A stretch of DNA of 64,000 nucleotides from an uncultured virus (IMG/VR IMGVR_UViG_3300025009_000095). Taxonomy: Duplodnaviria > Heunggongvirae > Uroviricota > Caudoviricetes. How positions within the stretch are numbered: position 1 is the stretch's first letter; every line of letters starts with the position of its first letter. This document shows positions 46,666-54,581 of the stretch, piece by piece. The position numbers and the translations under genes are program-made. Location: the IMG/VR virus record IMGVR_UViG_3300025009_000095. One strand, given 5' to 3'. The notes beneath the pieces were generated by a model. It worked only from the letters and a program-made list of their open reading frames with translations. It was not told where the DNA came from and ran no database searches.

Positions 46666-47340
46666 TTATTCACTGATTGTCAGTTTGGCTGGTTTGAACT
46701 GAGCTAAAACCGCTGCTTGTTGCTCGGGTGATAAGTTTGCCAGGATTTTCATGGCAAGCATTTCGCTTGTCTGAGCATCGGTTTCGGATGCTGGCTTTTT
46801 AGTTGATGGTGCTTTGGCTTTGAGTAAGGTTTTTTGCTGATGATTTATCATCTGCTCTTGATAGTCAAGGTCTTGGTACTCTTTTGCCTGGATCTTCCAG
46901 TTATTGTAGGCTCGCTGATAAATTGCTCCGGCCTCTTCAAGAGCTTGTTTGAGTTCTTTGAGTGCTGGCTGTTGCGATTGTTTGGCTTTTTGACTGGCGA
47001 CCTTGATGCAGTTAAGGCAAATGTTTGCATAGTTAAAGTTTTTCAGCCTGGGAAGCTTTTCTATCAGTTGATTAGTTGGTTCAATAGAATAGGTTTGGTT
47101 GCACGATGAGCAAGTTGCTTTGGTTATCTTTTGATTCTGGCTGGTAATGCCGATTTTATGATAATCAGGGCGATTGGAGAGATTTTTATGTGCCATTGCG
47201 CTGATTAAGGGCATGTTTGCACGAGGCGGTATTTTTACTTTACAGTATGTAAGAACTTCTTCCTGCTGTTCTTTAGTCCCATGTAATAACATTATCTTAG
47301 CAACTTGATCTTTTGTTTGTTCATTCATTGAGTCAGTCAT
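46666..47340 (-). CDS. Zinc finger/coiled-coil protein with shared C-terminal tag
   Basis: CSSC...CLNC; ends AMKILANLSPEQQAAVLAQFK. Confidence 0.6.
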   Translation of the reverse strand: MTDSMNEQTKDQVAKIMLLHGTKEQQEEVLTYCKVKIPPRANMPLISAMAHKNLSNRPDYHKIGITSQNQKITKATCSSCNQTYSIEPTNQLIEKLPRLKNFNYANICLNCIKVASQKAKQSQQPALKELKQALEEAGAIYQRAYNNWKIQAKEYQDLDYQEQMINHQQKTLLKAKAPSTKKPASETDAQTSEMLAMKILANLSPEQQAAVLAQFKPAKLTISE

Positions 47341-47370
47341 GTTTGTTCTCCTGTTAAAGTTATTAAGATG

Positions 47371-47427
47371 TTAATTGGCAAATCAAGAGACTCATTGAAC
47401 TTGTGAGTCTCTTAGTTTGGCAATTAA
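47371..47427. promoter_or_regulatory. Long intergenic hairpin (24-bp arms, 21 matches)
   Basis: TTAATTGGCAAATCAAGAGACTCA-N9-TGAGTCTCTTAGTTTGGCAATTAA. Confidence 0.6.
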
Positions 47428-47768
47428 TTAAATGGACAAGTTTCTTGATCTGCTTCTCCCCAATCTCCCTGATTAACTGAATCATCTATAATACCAGCAG
47501 CTAAATCGTTTACAAGTTGTTGAAAGATGCCATCCCACTCATCAATATCAGCTTGAGATGCATATAATTCTGGATATTCTTTTACCTGTGGAGCATTAGG
47601 ACCTATACAACAGCAAAGATATCTTGTATGAGTTTTTTCATCAATAATTGTACATCCGATGTGATAATCACAAGCTACTACAATAGCAGAAAGAGTTTCT
47701 TCTTCGGCAGTGGTATATTTGATTACTTTTCCAGCAAATTCTGGATATTCTCTTTTTTCAAACTGCAT
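47424..47768 (-). CDS. Hypothetical protein flanked by 20-bp direct repeats
   Basis: AAGGAG RBS; repeats at 47408-47427 and 47794-47813. Confidence 0.55.
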   Translation of the reverse strand: MQFEKREYPEFAGKVIKYTTAEEETLSAIVVACDYHIGCTIIDEKTHTRYLCCCIGPNAPQVKEYPELYASQADIDEWDGIFQQLVNDLAAGIIDDSVNQGDWGEADQETCPFN

Positions 47769-47809
47769 TGTTATTCTCCTTAATGGTTGATATTCTCTTA
47801 GTTTGACAA

Positions 47810-47998
47810 TTAAAGCAATTCATCAATGTAATCTGGTTCCAGGCCAAAGTATTCCTGGCAGATATTGTAAGCACTTTCTTGATCATCATCAGTGAGATAT
47901 TCTTGAAGCTGTTCTCGAGCTTCTTCGATAAGGTCATCTGCTTCCTGGCTGGTCATTCCATCTCGACGCATGAGGATTTGTTTGATTGATTCGGTCAT
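47810..47998 (-). CDS. Small acidic phage protein
   Basis: ILMRRDGMT...FGLEPDYI. Confidence 0.6.
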   Translation of the reverse strand: MTESIKQILMRRDGMTSQEADDLIEEAREQLQEYLTDDDQESAYNICQEYFGLEPDYIDELL

Positions 47999-48306
47999 TT
48001 TTCTTGCTCCTTAGTATTGCGTTGTGAGTTCTTGCCTTGCGGTATGATCTTGATGATCCCATTCTCCTGCCAGGCCAAAGGCTATTAGAATAAACAAGGC
48101 TACGATTAATTTGAGAAGTTTTGCTTTCACTTTATTTTCTCCACGTATGCTTGATAATCAAGGTTGAGGGCTGGTTTGGTGAAATGAGACTTTGCTGTGT
48201 GCTGAGCTTCTGCAATCCAATCGCGGTTGGTAATCAAGAGAAGTGTTACTACGGCGAGGAAACCTATGCAGAAGCAGCAGAATGATTTAGAGTCTCGCAT
48301 AGCTTT

Positions 48307-48567
48307 TTATTCCTTATGAGAGTTTTTTGCTTGTGAAATGCTGGTAAGAATTTCGTTTGCTTCTGCGTATGCTGCACTAGTCTCTATTAGCTTTTCCTCT
48401 TGTTCATGGATTGCAATTATCATGTCTGTCATGTTTGTGTTAGCAAAACTGTACAGTTTTTTGAGCATCTTTCTAATTGCCACAAGATGTATAATGGCTG
48501 TCTTGGTATAAAGCATATGTAAGCCGGGATTGTTTTTTCTCTGATCAAATTCATATGACTTTTTCAT
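48307..48567 (-). CDS. Hypothetical protein
   Basis: AAGGAG RBS. Confidence 0.45.
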   Translation of the reverse strand: MKKSYEFDQRKNNPGLHMLYTKTAIIHLVAIRKMLKKLYSFANTNMTDMIIAIHEQEEKLIETSAAYAEANEILTSISQAKNSHKE

Positions 48568-48741
48568 GGCTTGTCTCCTTTCAGTGAATGGTTAAGTATG
48601 CTATTTGATCGATTACTTTGATGAATCCGAATCTCGCTGCTTGATCGATTGTTTCTTGGCCGAAGAGGATTGTTAGGGTGATGATGAATTCTTTGTGCTG
48701 ACAAATGAGTAAGTAATCTATTATGTCCATGATTGAGGTCC

Positions 48742-48882
48742 TTAGAAAGACTTGAGGAAGGTGAATGATGCTAGTCTGTGACTGATGCAATGGACTGAAA
48801 AGATGCAGTCTAGGTAATAATCAGGGTGATTGTAAGGTATTGCTGTGGCTTCATTCCATCTGTAGTCTGTCCAATGATTCAT
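48742..48882 (-). CDS. Small hypothetical protein (46 aa, not in ORF track)
   Basis: MNHWTDYRWNEATAIPYNHPDYY...; AAGGAG RBS. Confidence 0.4.
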   Translation of the reverse strand: MNHWTDYRWNEATAIPYNHPDYYLDCIFSVHCISHRLASFTFLKSF

Positions 48883-48892
48883 GGTGAGCTCC

Positions 48893-49156
48893 TTATCTGT
48901 ATTGTTTAATGACTGCACTAATGGTAAGGTGTGGCCTGGCTGGATTGTTTTGCTTGATTACGCAAGGTTTGCAGCAGGCGAGTAAGTTTCGGTTGTCAGT
49001 GCTTGGCTTGCGACTGTCTCGGTAGATGTGAGTAGTTGGCTGGTGGCAGAAGTAACATAAAGGTATGATTGGTTGGTCTGGTTGAATGAGTTCTGATGTG
49101 ATAGATTCATTTGAGTCATGAAGAGTTGCTAGGATTGTCTTTGCATAGTTTGTCAT
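48893..49156 (-). CDS. Zinc-finger hypothetical protein
   Basis: CYFC...CKPC; first gene after the promoter at 49257. Confidence 0.5.
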   Translation of the reverse strand: MTNYAKTILATLHDSNESITSELIQPDQPIIPLCYFCHQPTTHIYRDSRKPSTDNRNLLACCKPCVIKQNNPARPHLTISAVIKQYR

Positions 49157-49214
49157 GATGTTTTCCTTGTAGTGAGTTGCTGGTTTGGTGGTGCTTTATA
49201 TATAGGGCGAGATT

Positions 49215-49472
49215 TTCGTGTCGGTGGTTGGTTGTGTAAAATTGTGCTATGTAGACAGGTTAACACGTGACACCGGGTTTGTCAACAATTTTTTGGTGGT
49301 TTTCGGAGGCACGTGTCGTTTTTTGGTGTTGTTTGGTGCGTGGCTATTTTGACGTATAAGGCCCGTTTGGTCGTGGTGCGTGGATAGTACGGGCAACCCG
49401 TGTGCGTGGCGTGGCGGTGTCGTGTCGTGCGTGTGTCGGCGTTTTTTGGTGCTTTGCACGCACGTCACGTCG
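49215..49472. repeat. CACG/CGTG micro-repeat array
   Basis: About 15 CACG/CGTG units and three TTTTTTGGTG units in an intergenic GC-rich stretch. Confidence 0.65.
49257..49285 (-). promoter_or_regulatory. sigma70-type early promoter
   Basis: TTGACA-17-TAACCT. Confidence 0.7.
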
Positions 49473-49480
49473 CCTGCCGG

Positions 49481-50047
49481 CTACTCTTTCCATTCCTTGG
49501 GTGGACTAAAGTCAGTTACTGATGATATGATTGAGTCTGTAATGTTTGGATCATGAAACTCTGATGGCTTGGTTAAAGTTTTGTTTGATGCTTTAAAGGC
49601 TAAATTGATTTGTTCGTCTAGCTCTGTGTCTTGTTGATTTAGTTTTTCTTGTGCGGCTAGCTTTTCTTGTGATGCAAGTTTTGCTAAGGATTCTCGTCGC
49701 ATCTCATTAAAGATTCTTTCTTCTTCGAGTTCACGAGCGATTTGCTGGGCTGTTTTTTGTGGTTGGCGATTCTTGCCGAGTTGTGGCAAGGCGTCCAGTT
49801 GTTTGTTTACTTTCTCGTTGCTTTCTAGCCCTGCTCTTGATAAGGCAATTTCTTGAAGGAGTTCTGGTGGTACGTCTAATGATGTGTTATTGAAATGCTC
49901 TGACTTTGCTATGTAGTCATTGAAGATTGTTCGGATGAGATTTGCTGGTGTTGTTAGTTCCCAGTTTGGTTCGAGGATGCGAATGGCACGCAAGCCACGA
50001 GCTAGATGATAGTCTGAGATTCTAAAACTTACGGTAGGGTTTGACAT
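49481..50047 (-). CDS. RHH-like DNA-binding protein with coiled coil
   Basis: PTVSFRISDYHLARG; AGGAG RBS; paralog at 46331. Confidence 0.6.
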   Translation of the reverse strand: MSNPTVSFRISDYHLARGLRAIRILEPNWELTTPANLIRTIFNDYIAKSEHFNNTSLDVPPELLQEIALSRAGLESNEKVNKQLDALPQLGKNRQPQKTAQQIARELEEERIFNEMRRESLAKLASQEKLAAQEKLNQQDTELDEQINLAFKASNKTLTKPSEFHDPNITDSIISSVTDFSPPKEWKE

Positions 50048-50113
50048 GGTAGTTGCTCCTGTTGAGTTGAGGGTTTGTTGATTGGTCGGCTGTTTGCCGA
50101 TTGTTATGATGGT

Positions 50114-50142
50114 AGTTTACCATGGTTTACCGGGGTTTGCAA
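50114..50142 (-). promoter_or_regulatory. sigma70-type promoter embedded in GTAAAC repeats
   Basis: TTGCAA-17-TAAACT. Confidence 0.6.
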
Positions 50143-50605
50143 GTGTTTTCTGCGGTTTGCCGGGGTTTACATGGGTGGGTTTGCATAGCTAAGTGCCTGA
50201 TATTGTTGGGAAATAAGTGTTTACCTTGTTTACGGTGTTTTCAGGGGTTTACAGAGGTAACTAGTTGATATTGTTGAATGTTTACATGTTTACTGGGTTT
50301 GCGTGTAAACCCCACCCTCCTCTCCTCTGGTACATCTATTTAAGAAAAAAATTAAATACTAAAATAGGACACCCACCCTTACACTCTTTTATGACAGGAG
50401 GGTAGGGTTTACAAGTAAACAGAGTAAACATAAGTTTACATGTGTTAACTACCTGTTATCACTACCTTTATTTTTGCATACTCTCTGTTTACTCTGTTTA
50501 CCCTGTTTACCTATCATTAGCTAACTACCTGTTATTACTATCTTTATCATGTTTACTTTTGTTTACTCTTGTACACTCTTGTTTACCTGTCTACCCTTTG
50601 TTCAC
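50115..50605. repeat. GTTTAC repeat array with inverted repeat and AT-rich core; putative replication origin
   Basis: About 19 exact GTTTAC/GTAAAC plus variants, many at 9-10 bp period; 17-bp IR at 50305-50321/50396-50412 flanking AT-rich 50335-50366. Confidence 0.7.
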
Positions 50606-50747
50606 CAATGAACAACCAGACAACCTTCCTCTAATCGCTAGTTACTCAAGCGAGAAATTCAAATTGATGAATAAGAAATGCCCGGAATGGCCAGAAGTGA
50701 ACCAAACCGGGCAAAGTGAAAGAATTGAGGGAAGTGAAGGAATGGCG

Positions 50748-50963
50748 TTACCTGGTTAGCTCAATCAATACGCCGACTTTTGCAGCTTTATTCAATGGTG
50801 AAGAAGCAACGCCGAGGAATCTCAGGACGCCAGAAACATTGTTTTCGTCTCGACCGAGAATGCAGCGGACTACTTTCATATCGTCTTTGGTGGTAGTCAT
50901 TTTGATCCCTTGAGCTACCGATATTCCGAAGAGGACATCTTTTTTTAAACGTGAGATTTTCAT
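50748..50963 (-). CDS. Hypothetical protein
   Basis: GAGG RBS before MKISRLKK; flanked by hairpins. Confidence 0.45.
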   Translation of the reverse strand: MKISRLKKDVLFGISVAQGIKMTTTKDDMKVVRCILGRDENNVSGVLRFLGVASSPLNKAAKVGVLIELTR

Positions 50964-51039
50964 ATTATCCTCGTAAGTTTGCCGGAAACATCCAGTAATG
51001 AATGAATCCGGCAATGTTCAGGTTGTTTAGAGATTCTGG

Positions 51040-51441
51040 TTATTTACCAAGCTTCTTGAGAAGTTCTGCAATTTCATCGGCGGACATCTTACCAAGGACC
51101 GAAATTGCTTTCTCTTCGTCGCTCATGCTCGTTTGCGGCCGGGAGACGGTTTTCCATTCCATTGAATCGATGTTTTTCTGGCCGTATTCCTCGGACCATG
51201 TATCGTCCTTTTTGCACGCTTTGAAGGTTGCCCGAACTTCAATTATGCCTTTCTGCAGTCCTTTCTGAATCAGTTTTGCTGTGAAGTCATTCTCATTGGC
51301 CCAAGCAATCAGCTTGTCTGCATCTTCAAACTGTTCAGCCGAGGGGAAAAGATGTGATGGCAGGGAGTGAACGTATTCCTTACCGTCTACAGGAGTAATG
51401 ACTTTGCCGTTATCCAATTGGATGTAAATTGATTCTGCCAT
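51040..51441 (-). CDS. First early gene; hypothetical, paralog of 39631-39996
   Basis: AGGGAG RBS; WKTVSRPQTSMSDEEKAISVLGKMSADEIAELLKKL. Confidence 0.7.
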   Translation of the reverse strand: MAESIYIQLDNGKVITPVDGKEYVHSLPSHLFPSAEQFEDADKLIAWANENDFTAKLIQKGLQKGIIEVRATFKACKKDDTWSEEYGQKNIDSMEWKTVSRPQTSMSDEEKAISVLGKMSADEIAELLKKLGK

Positions 51442-51501
51442 GATAGTATCTCCCTTGAAAGAGTTTGTTTGACCAAGAACTATTCTTGATCTGTTATGGG
51501 T

Positions 51502-51539
51502 AATGTATACCCGGTTAATCCTTTTGTCAACATTTATTT
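51502..51539 (-). promoter_or_regulatory. sigma70-type early promoter
   Basis: AAATAAATG-TTGACA-17-TACATT. Confidence 0.7.
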
Positions 51540-51602
51540 TTGAGTTAGTTTGAAATAATTAAATGTTGAATGATTCAAACTATCTCGATGTTGATATCTA
51601 AT

Positions 51603-51640
51603 ATGTTATAGCAGATTAGTCTGATTGTCAACATTTATTT
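51603..51640 (-). promoter_or_regulatory. sigma70-type early promoter (tandem copy)
   Basis: AAATAAATG-TTGACA-17-TAACAT. Confidence 0.7.
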
Positions 51641-52237
51641 GTAGGTTGTTTGTCCTTTATTATATGGACAAGGAAGAATGTCTCTTGATAATAATTGTTA
51701 GTTGCTATTGATTATCAATGTTGTTTGATTGTGAGAGTTAATACCAATTGATATTGATTGCCAGGTAAGACTGATTATCAAATGAGAGAGAATGCCAGGA
51801 AAGAATGGTTGTTAAGAAAGAATGTTTCTCAAATGATTCTAGTTCTTTTGAGGGAACAATTATTGTTAAGAGCTGAATGCCTGACAACCAATGCCTCGGT
51901 TCTCTCTGACGGATAAGTGGTCTCTGTACTGAGTTGTGGAAAGCACACTTTTCCAAATGCCGGCAACTGGGAACAATCAAAACATCCACTCAAAAGCACC
52001 AGTCAACCTTGCAAAACTCATCAGCAAACAGAAACAAGACCGTCTTTAAAATATCGCCGCCAGCCTGTAAGAATGCTGGCAATCTGCACCAACCAGCACC
52101 AAACAGGAAAAAACCGGAATCTTTTTCACCAATCAACATTTTCCTTGCAATTCCCTCCTAAATATAGTACGGTTCGTTAAGACCTAAAGAAATATTTACC
52201 CAACACCATTTTTCCCTTTACTACTCGGACAACCACA

Positions 52238-52966
52238 ATGCTCAAAGAACTGCGAACCCAGCACAGAACGATCATCCAGATGGTCTTCGCAGGATACAAG
52301 AACAACGAAATCGCCGAGCGTCTTGAAATGTCTGCCTGCACAGTCTCTCAAATCGTCCGATCTCCACTAGGCCAGGCATACTTGGAAGGCCTCCAAGATA
52401 AAGCACAAGAAGCAACTCTAGACGTTCGCAAGAAGCTCGTATCGCTGAACAAGAGTGCCTTAAGTGTTCTCGAGCGCGTGATGAATCCAGCTGAAAAGGC
52501 TCCTCACGTAGTTCAGTTAAATGCAGCCAAAGATGTCCTTGACAGAACAGGCTACAAAGCACCAGACAGATTGCATGTTGACATGACAATGCAGACCAAG
52601 ACAGATGCAGAGATCGAGGCAGAAATCCTGGCCATGCAAGAAAGCATCATGAAGACATATCACCAGGACCCGAATCAGCTAGCCGAGCCGAAGAAAACTG
52701 TGGACGCAGAAAATGTTACGTTCACTGATGAACACCAAGAACAAGAAGAAGAACTTGACTTAGAACTCGAACTTGACTTCGCTCTTGAAGTAGAAATTGA
52801 AGAAATGGGCTCTTCCGATCAACCTGATAACTTTTCCCAAAACGATAGTAATCAAGATGATTTGTCCAGCACTTGTAATGCCTCCCGCAATGCACTTAGT
52901 CAACTGTCGGAAGAGTCCATTTCTTTGCTCTCTAAAATACCAGCAAACATCTTTCAACCAACGTAA
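52238..52966 (+). CDS. terS: Putative terminase small subunit
   Basis: N-terminal HTH (NNEIAERLEMSACTVSQIV), AAKDVLDRTG motif, acidic tail; directly before terL. Confidence 0.65.
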   Translation: MLKELRTQHRTIIQMVFAGYKNNEIAERLEMSACTVSQIVRSPLGQAYLEGLQDKAQEATLDVRKKLVSLNKSALSVLERVMNPAEKAPHVVQLNAAKDVLDRTGYKAPDRLHVDMTMQTKTDAEIEAEILAMQESIMKTYHQDPNQLAEPKKTVDAENVTFTDEHQEQEEELDLELELDFALEVEIEEMGSSDQPDNFSQNDSNQDDLSSTCNASRNALSQLSEESISLLSKIPANIFQPT

Positions 52967-53063
52967 GTCTTACCACCGTACGAATTCGGCCCGCGAATGC
53001 GAGGCCGCCTGATTAACTACAAAGACAAAATAAACATACTTACTAAGGTCCTGCCACTACTTA

Positions 53064-54578
53064 ATGCTTGAGCTAAGTCAAAACATTGTTCCAGCCCATG
53101 ATCAACCTCTTGAGGACATTTCCCACCTCAATCGTGATCAAAAGGAACAATACCTTAAGCTTCTCAAGGAAAAATCAATCCGCATCAAACAAAACCGCAT
53201 CATCCAGTATTATCCTGAAACTGGTCTCCTTTCCCGCCATAACTATCCCAAGCACATGTCCTTCTTTGCAGCCGGAGCGAACTTTTCCGAACGTTGCATT
53301 ATGGCTGCCAATCGTATTGGCAAGTCTGAAGGCATTGGTGCGTATGAGATGACACTGCACTTGACAGGACGCTATCCTGATTGGTGGCAAGGACATAAGT
53401 TCACCCAACCTATAACTGCATGGGCATGTGGGACTACAAGCACCACCGCACGAGACATCGTTCAGTTTAAACTTATAGGTACACCGGAAGAACAAGGCAC
53501 TGGCCTGATCCCGGAAAAATACATTATTAAAACAACACCTCGTGCTGGTGGTGTTCCTAACGCAGTAGATACAATTCTCGTGCGGCATATCTCAGGCGGC
53601 ATCTCTCGCTGCAAGATCAAGTCTTATGCTGAAGGTCGTAAGTCTTTTGAGGGCACTGAGCAAGACATAATCTGGCTCGATGAAGAGTGCCCGATGGACA
53701 TATATACAGAGTGCCTGACCAGGACCATGACGACTAATGGTCGCATCATGCTGACCTTCACACCATTAGCTGGACTCACGGAAACTGTTCTTCAGTTCAT
53801 GCCAGAAGGCAAAGTTGAAGACCACCAAGAAGGCAGCAGGTTTCTCATCCAGGCAACCTGGGATGATGCCCCGCACTTAACGCAAGCCCAAAAAGACAAA
53901 CTCTGGGCAGCCCTGCCGCCGCATCAACGTGAAGCAAGGTCTAAAGGTGTTCCTCAACTCGGCGCCGGTGCAATTTATCCGATTCTTGAAAGTAACATAG
54001 TTGTGCAGGACTTTCCAATACCAGATCACTGGCGGCGCGGTTATGCTTTAGATGTGGGTTGGAAGAAAACTGCATGTATATGGGGGGCTACCGACCCAAC
54101 AAGTAAAATCACTTTTTTATATTCTGAATACTATCAAGGTCAAGCAGAACCAGTCATTCATGCTGAAGGCATCAAGGCTCGCGGAGTCTGGATTCCAGGC
54201 GTTATAGACAGCGCTGCTCATGGACGTTCACAAGAAGATGGAAAACAATTATTCGATATTTATATGGCACTTGGTTTAGATATAACAAACGCAAATAAAT
54301 CAATCGAATCTGGTCTTTATAAAACTTGGCAATTACTCGCAACTAATCAACTGAAGGTATTTGGATCATTAGTTAATTGGTTGAGCGAATTTCGTATATA
54401 TCGTCGGGACGAAAAAGGTCAGATCGTCAAGGATCGCGACCATCTTATGGACTGTACAAGATATTATGTTATGTCCGGCCTTGATAGAGCAATACCAAAG
54501 CCCTATTGGGAGTTCGAGGCATGGGAAGCAAGTGACCTTTATAATGAATCTGATGCAAACTATGTTACAGGATATTAA
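53064..54578 (+). CDS. terL: Terminase large subunit (P22-like)
   Basis: MAANRIGKS, IWLDEE, LTFTPL, ALDVGW, DHLMDCTRY. Confidence 0.95.
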   Translation: MLELSQNIVPAHDQPLEDISHLNRDQKEQYLKLLKEKSIRIKQNRIIQYYPETGLLSRHNYPKHMSFFAAGANFSERCIMAANRIGKSEGIGAYEMTLHLTGRYPDWWQGHKFTQPITAWACGTTSTTARDIVQFKLIGTPEEQGTGLIPEKYIIKTTPRAGGVPNAVDTILVRHISGGISRCKIKSYAEGRKSFEGTEQDIIWLDEECPMDIYTECLTRTMTTNGRIMLTFTPLAGLTETVLQFMPEGKVEDHQEGSRFLIQATWDDAPHLTQAQKDKLWAALPPHQREARSKGVPQLGAGAIYPILESNIVVQDFPIPDHWRRGYALDVGWKKTACIWGATDPTSKITFLYSEYYQGQAEPVIHAEGIKARGVWIPGVIDSAAHGRSQEDGKQLFDIYMALGLDITNANKSIESGLYKTWQLLATNQLKVFGSLVNWLSEFRIYRRDEKGQIVKDRDHLMDCTRYYVMSGLDRAIPKPYWEFEAWEASDLYNESDANYVTGY

Positions 54579-54581
54579 GTA

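Noticed and set aside
49200..50620. CRISPR array
   Set aside because: Repeats are 4-6 bp at about 10-bp spacing, with no 25-40 bp repeat-spacer structure and no cas genes
49247..50759. ORFs 49247-49468 and 50442-50759
   Set aside because: Translations of repeat arrays overlapping promoters; no RBS
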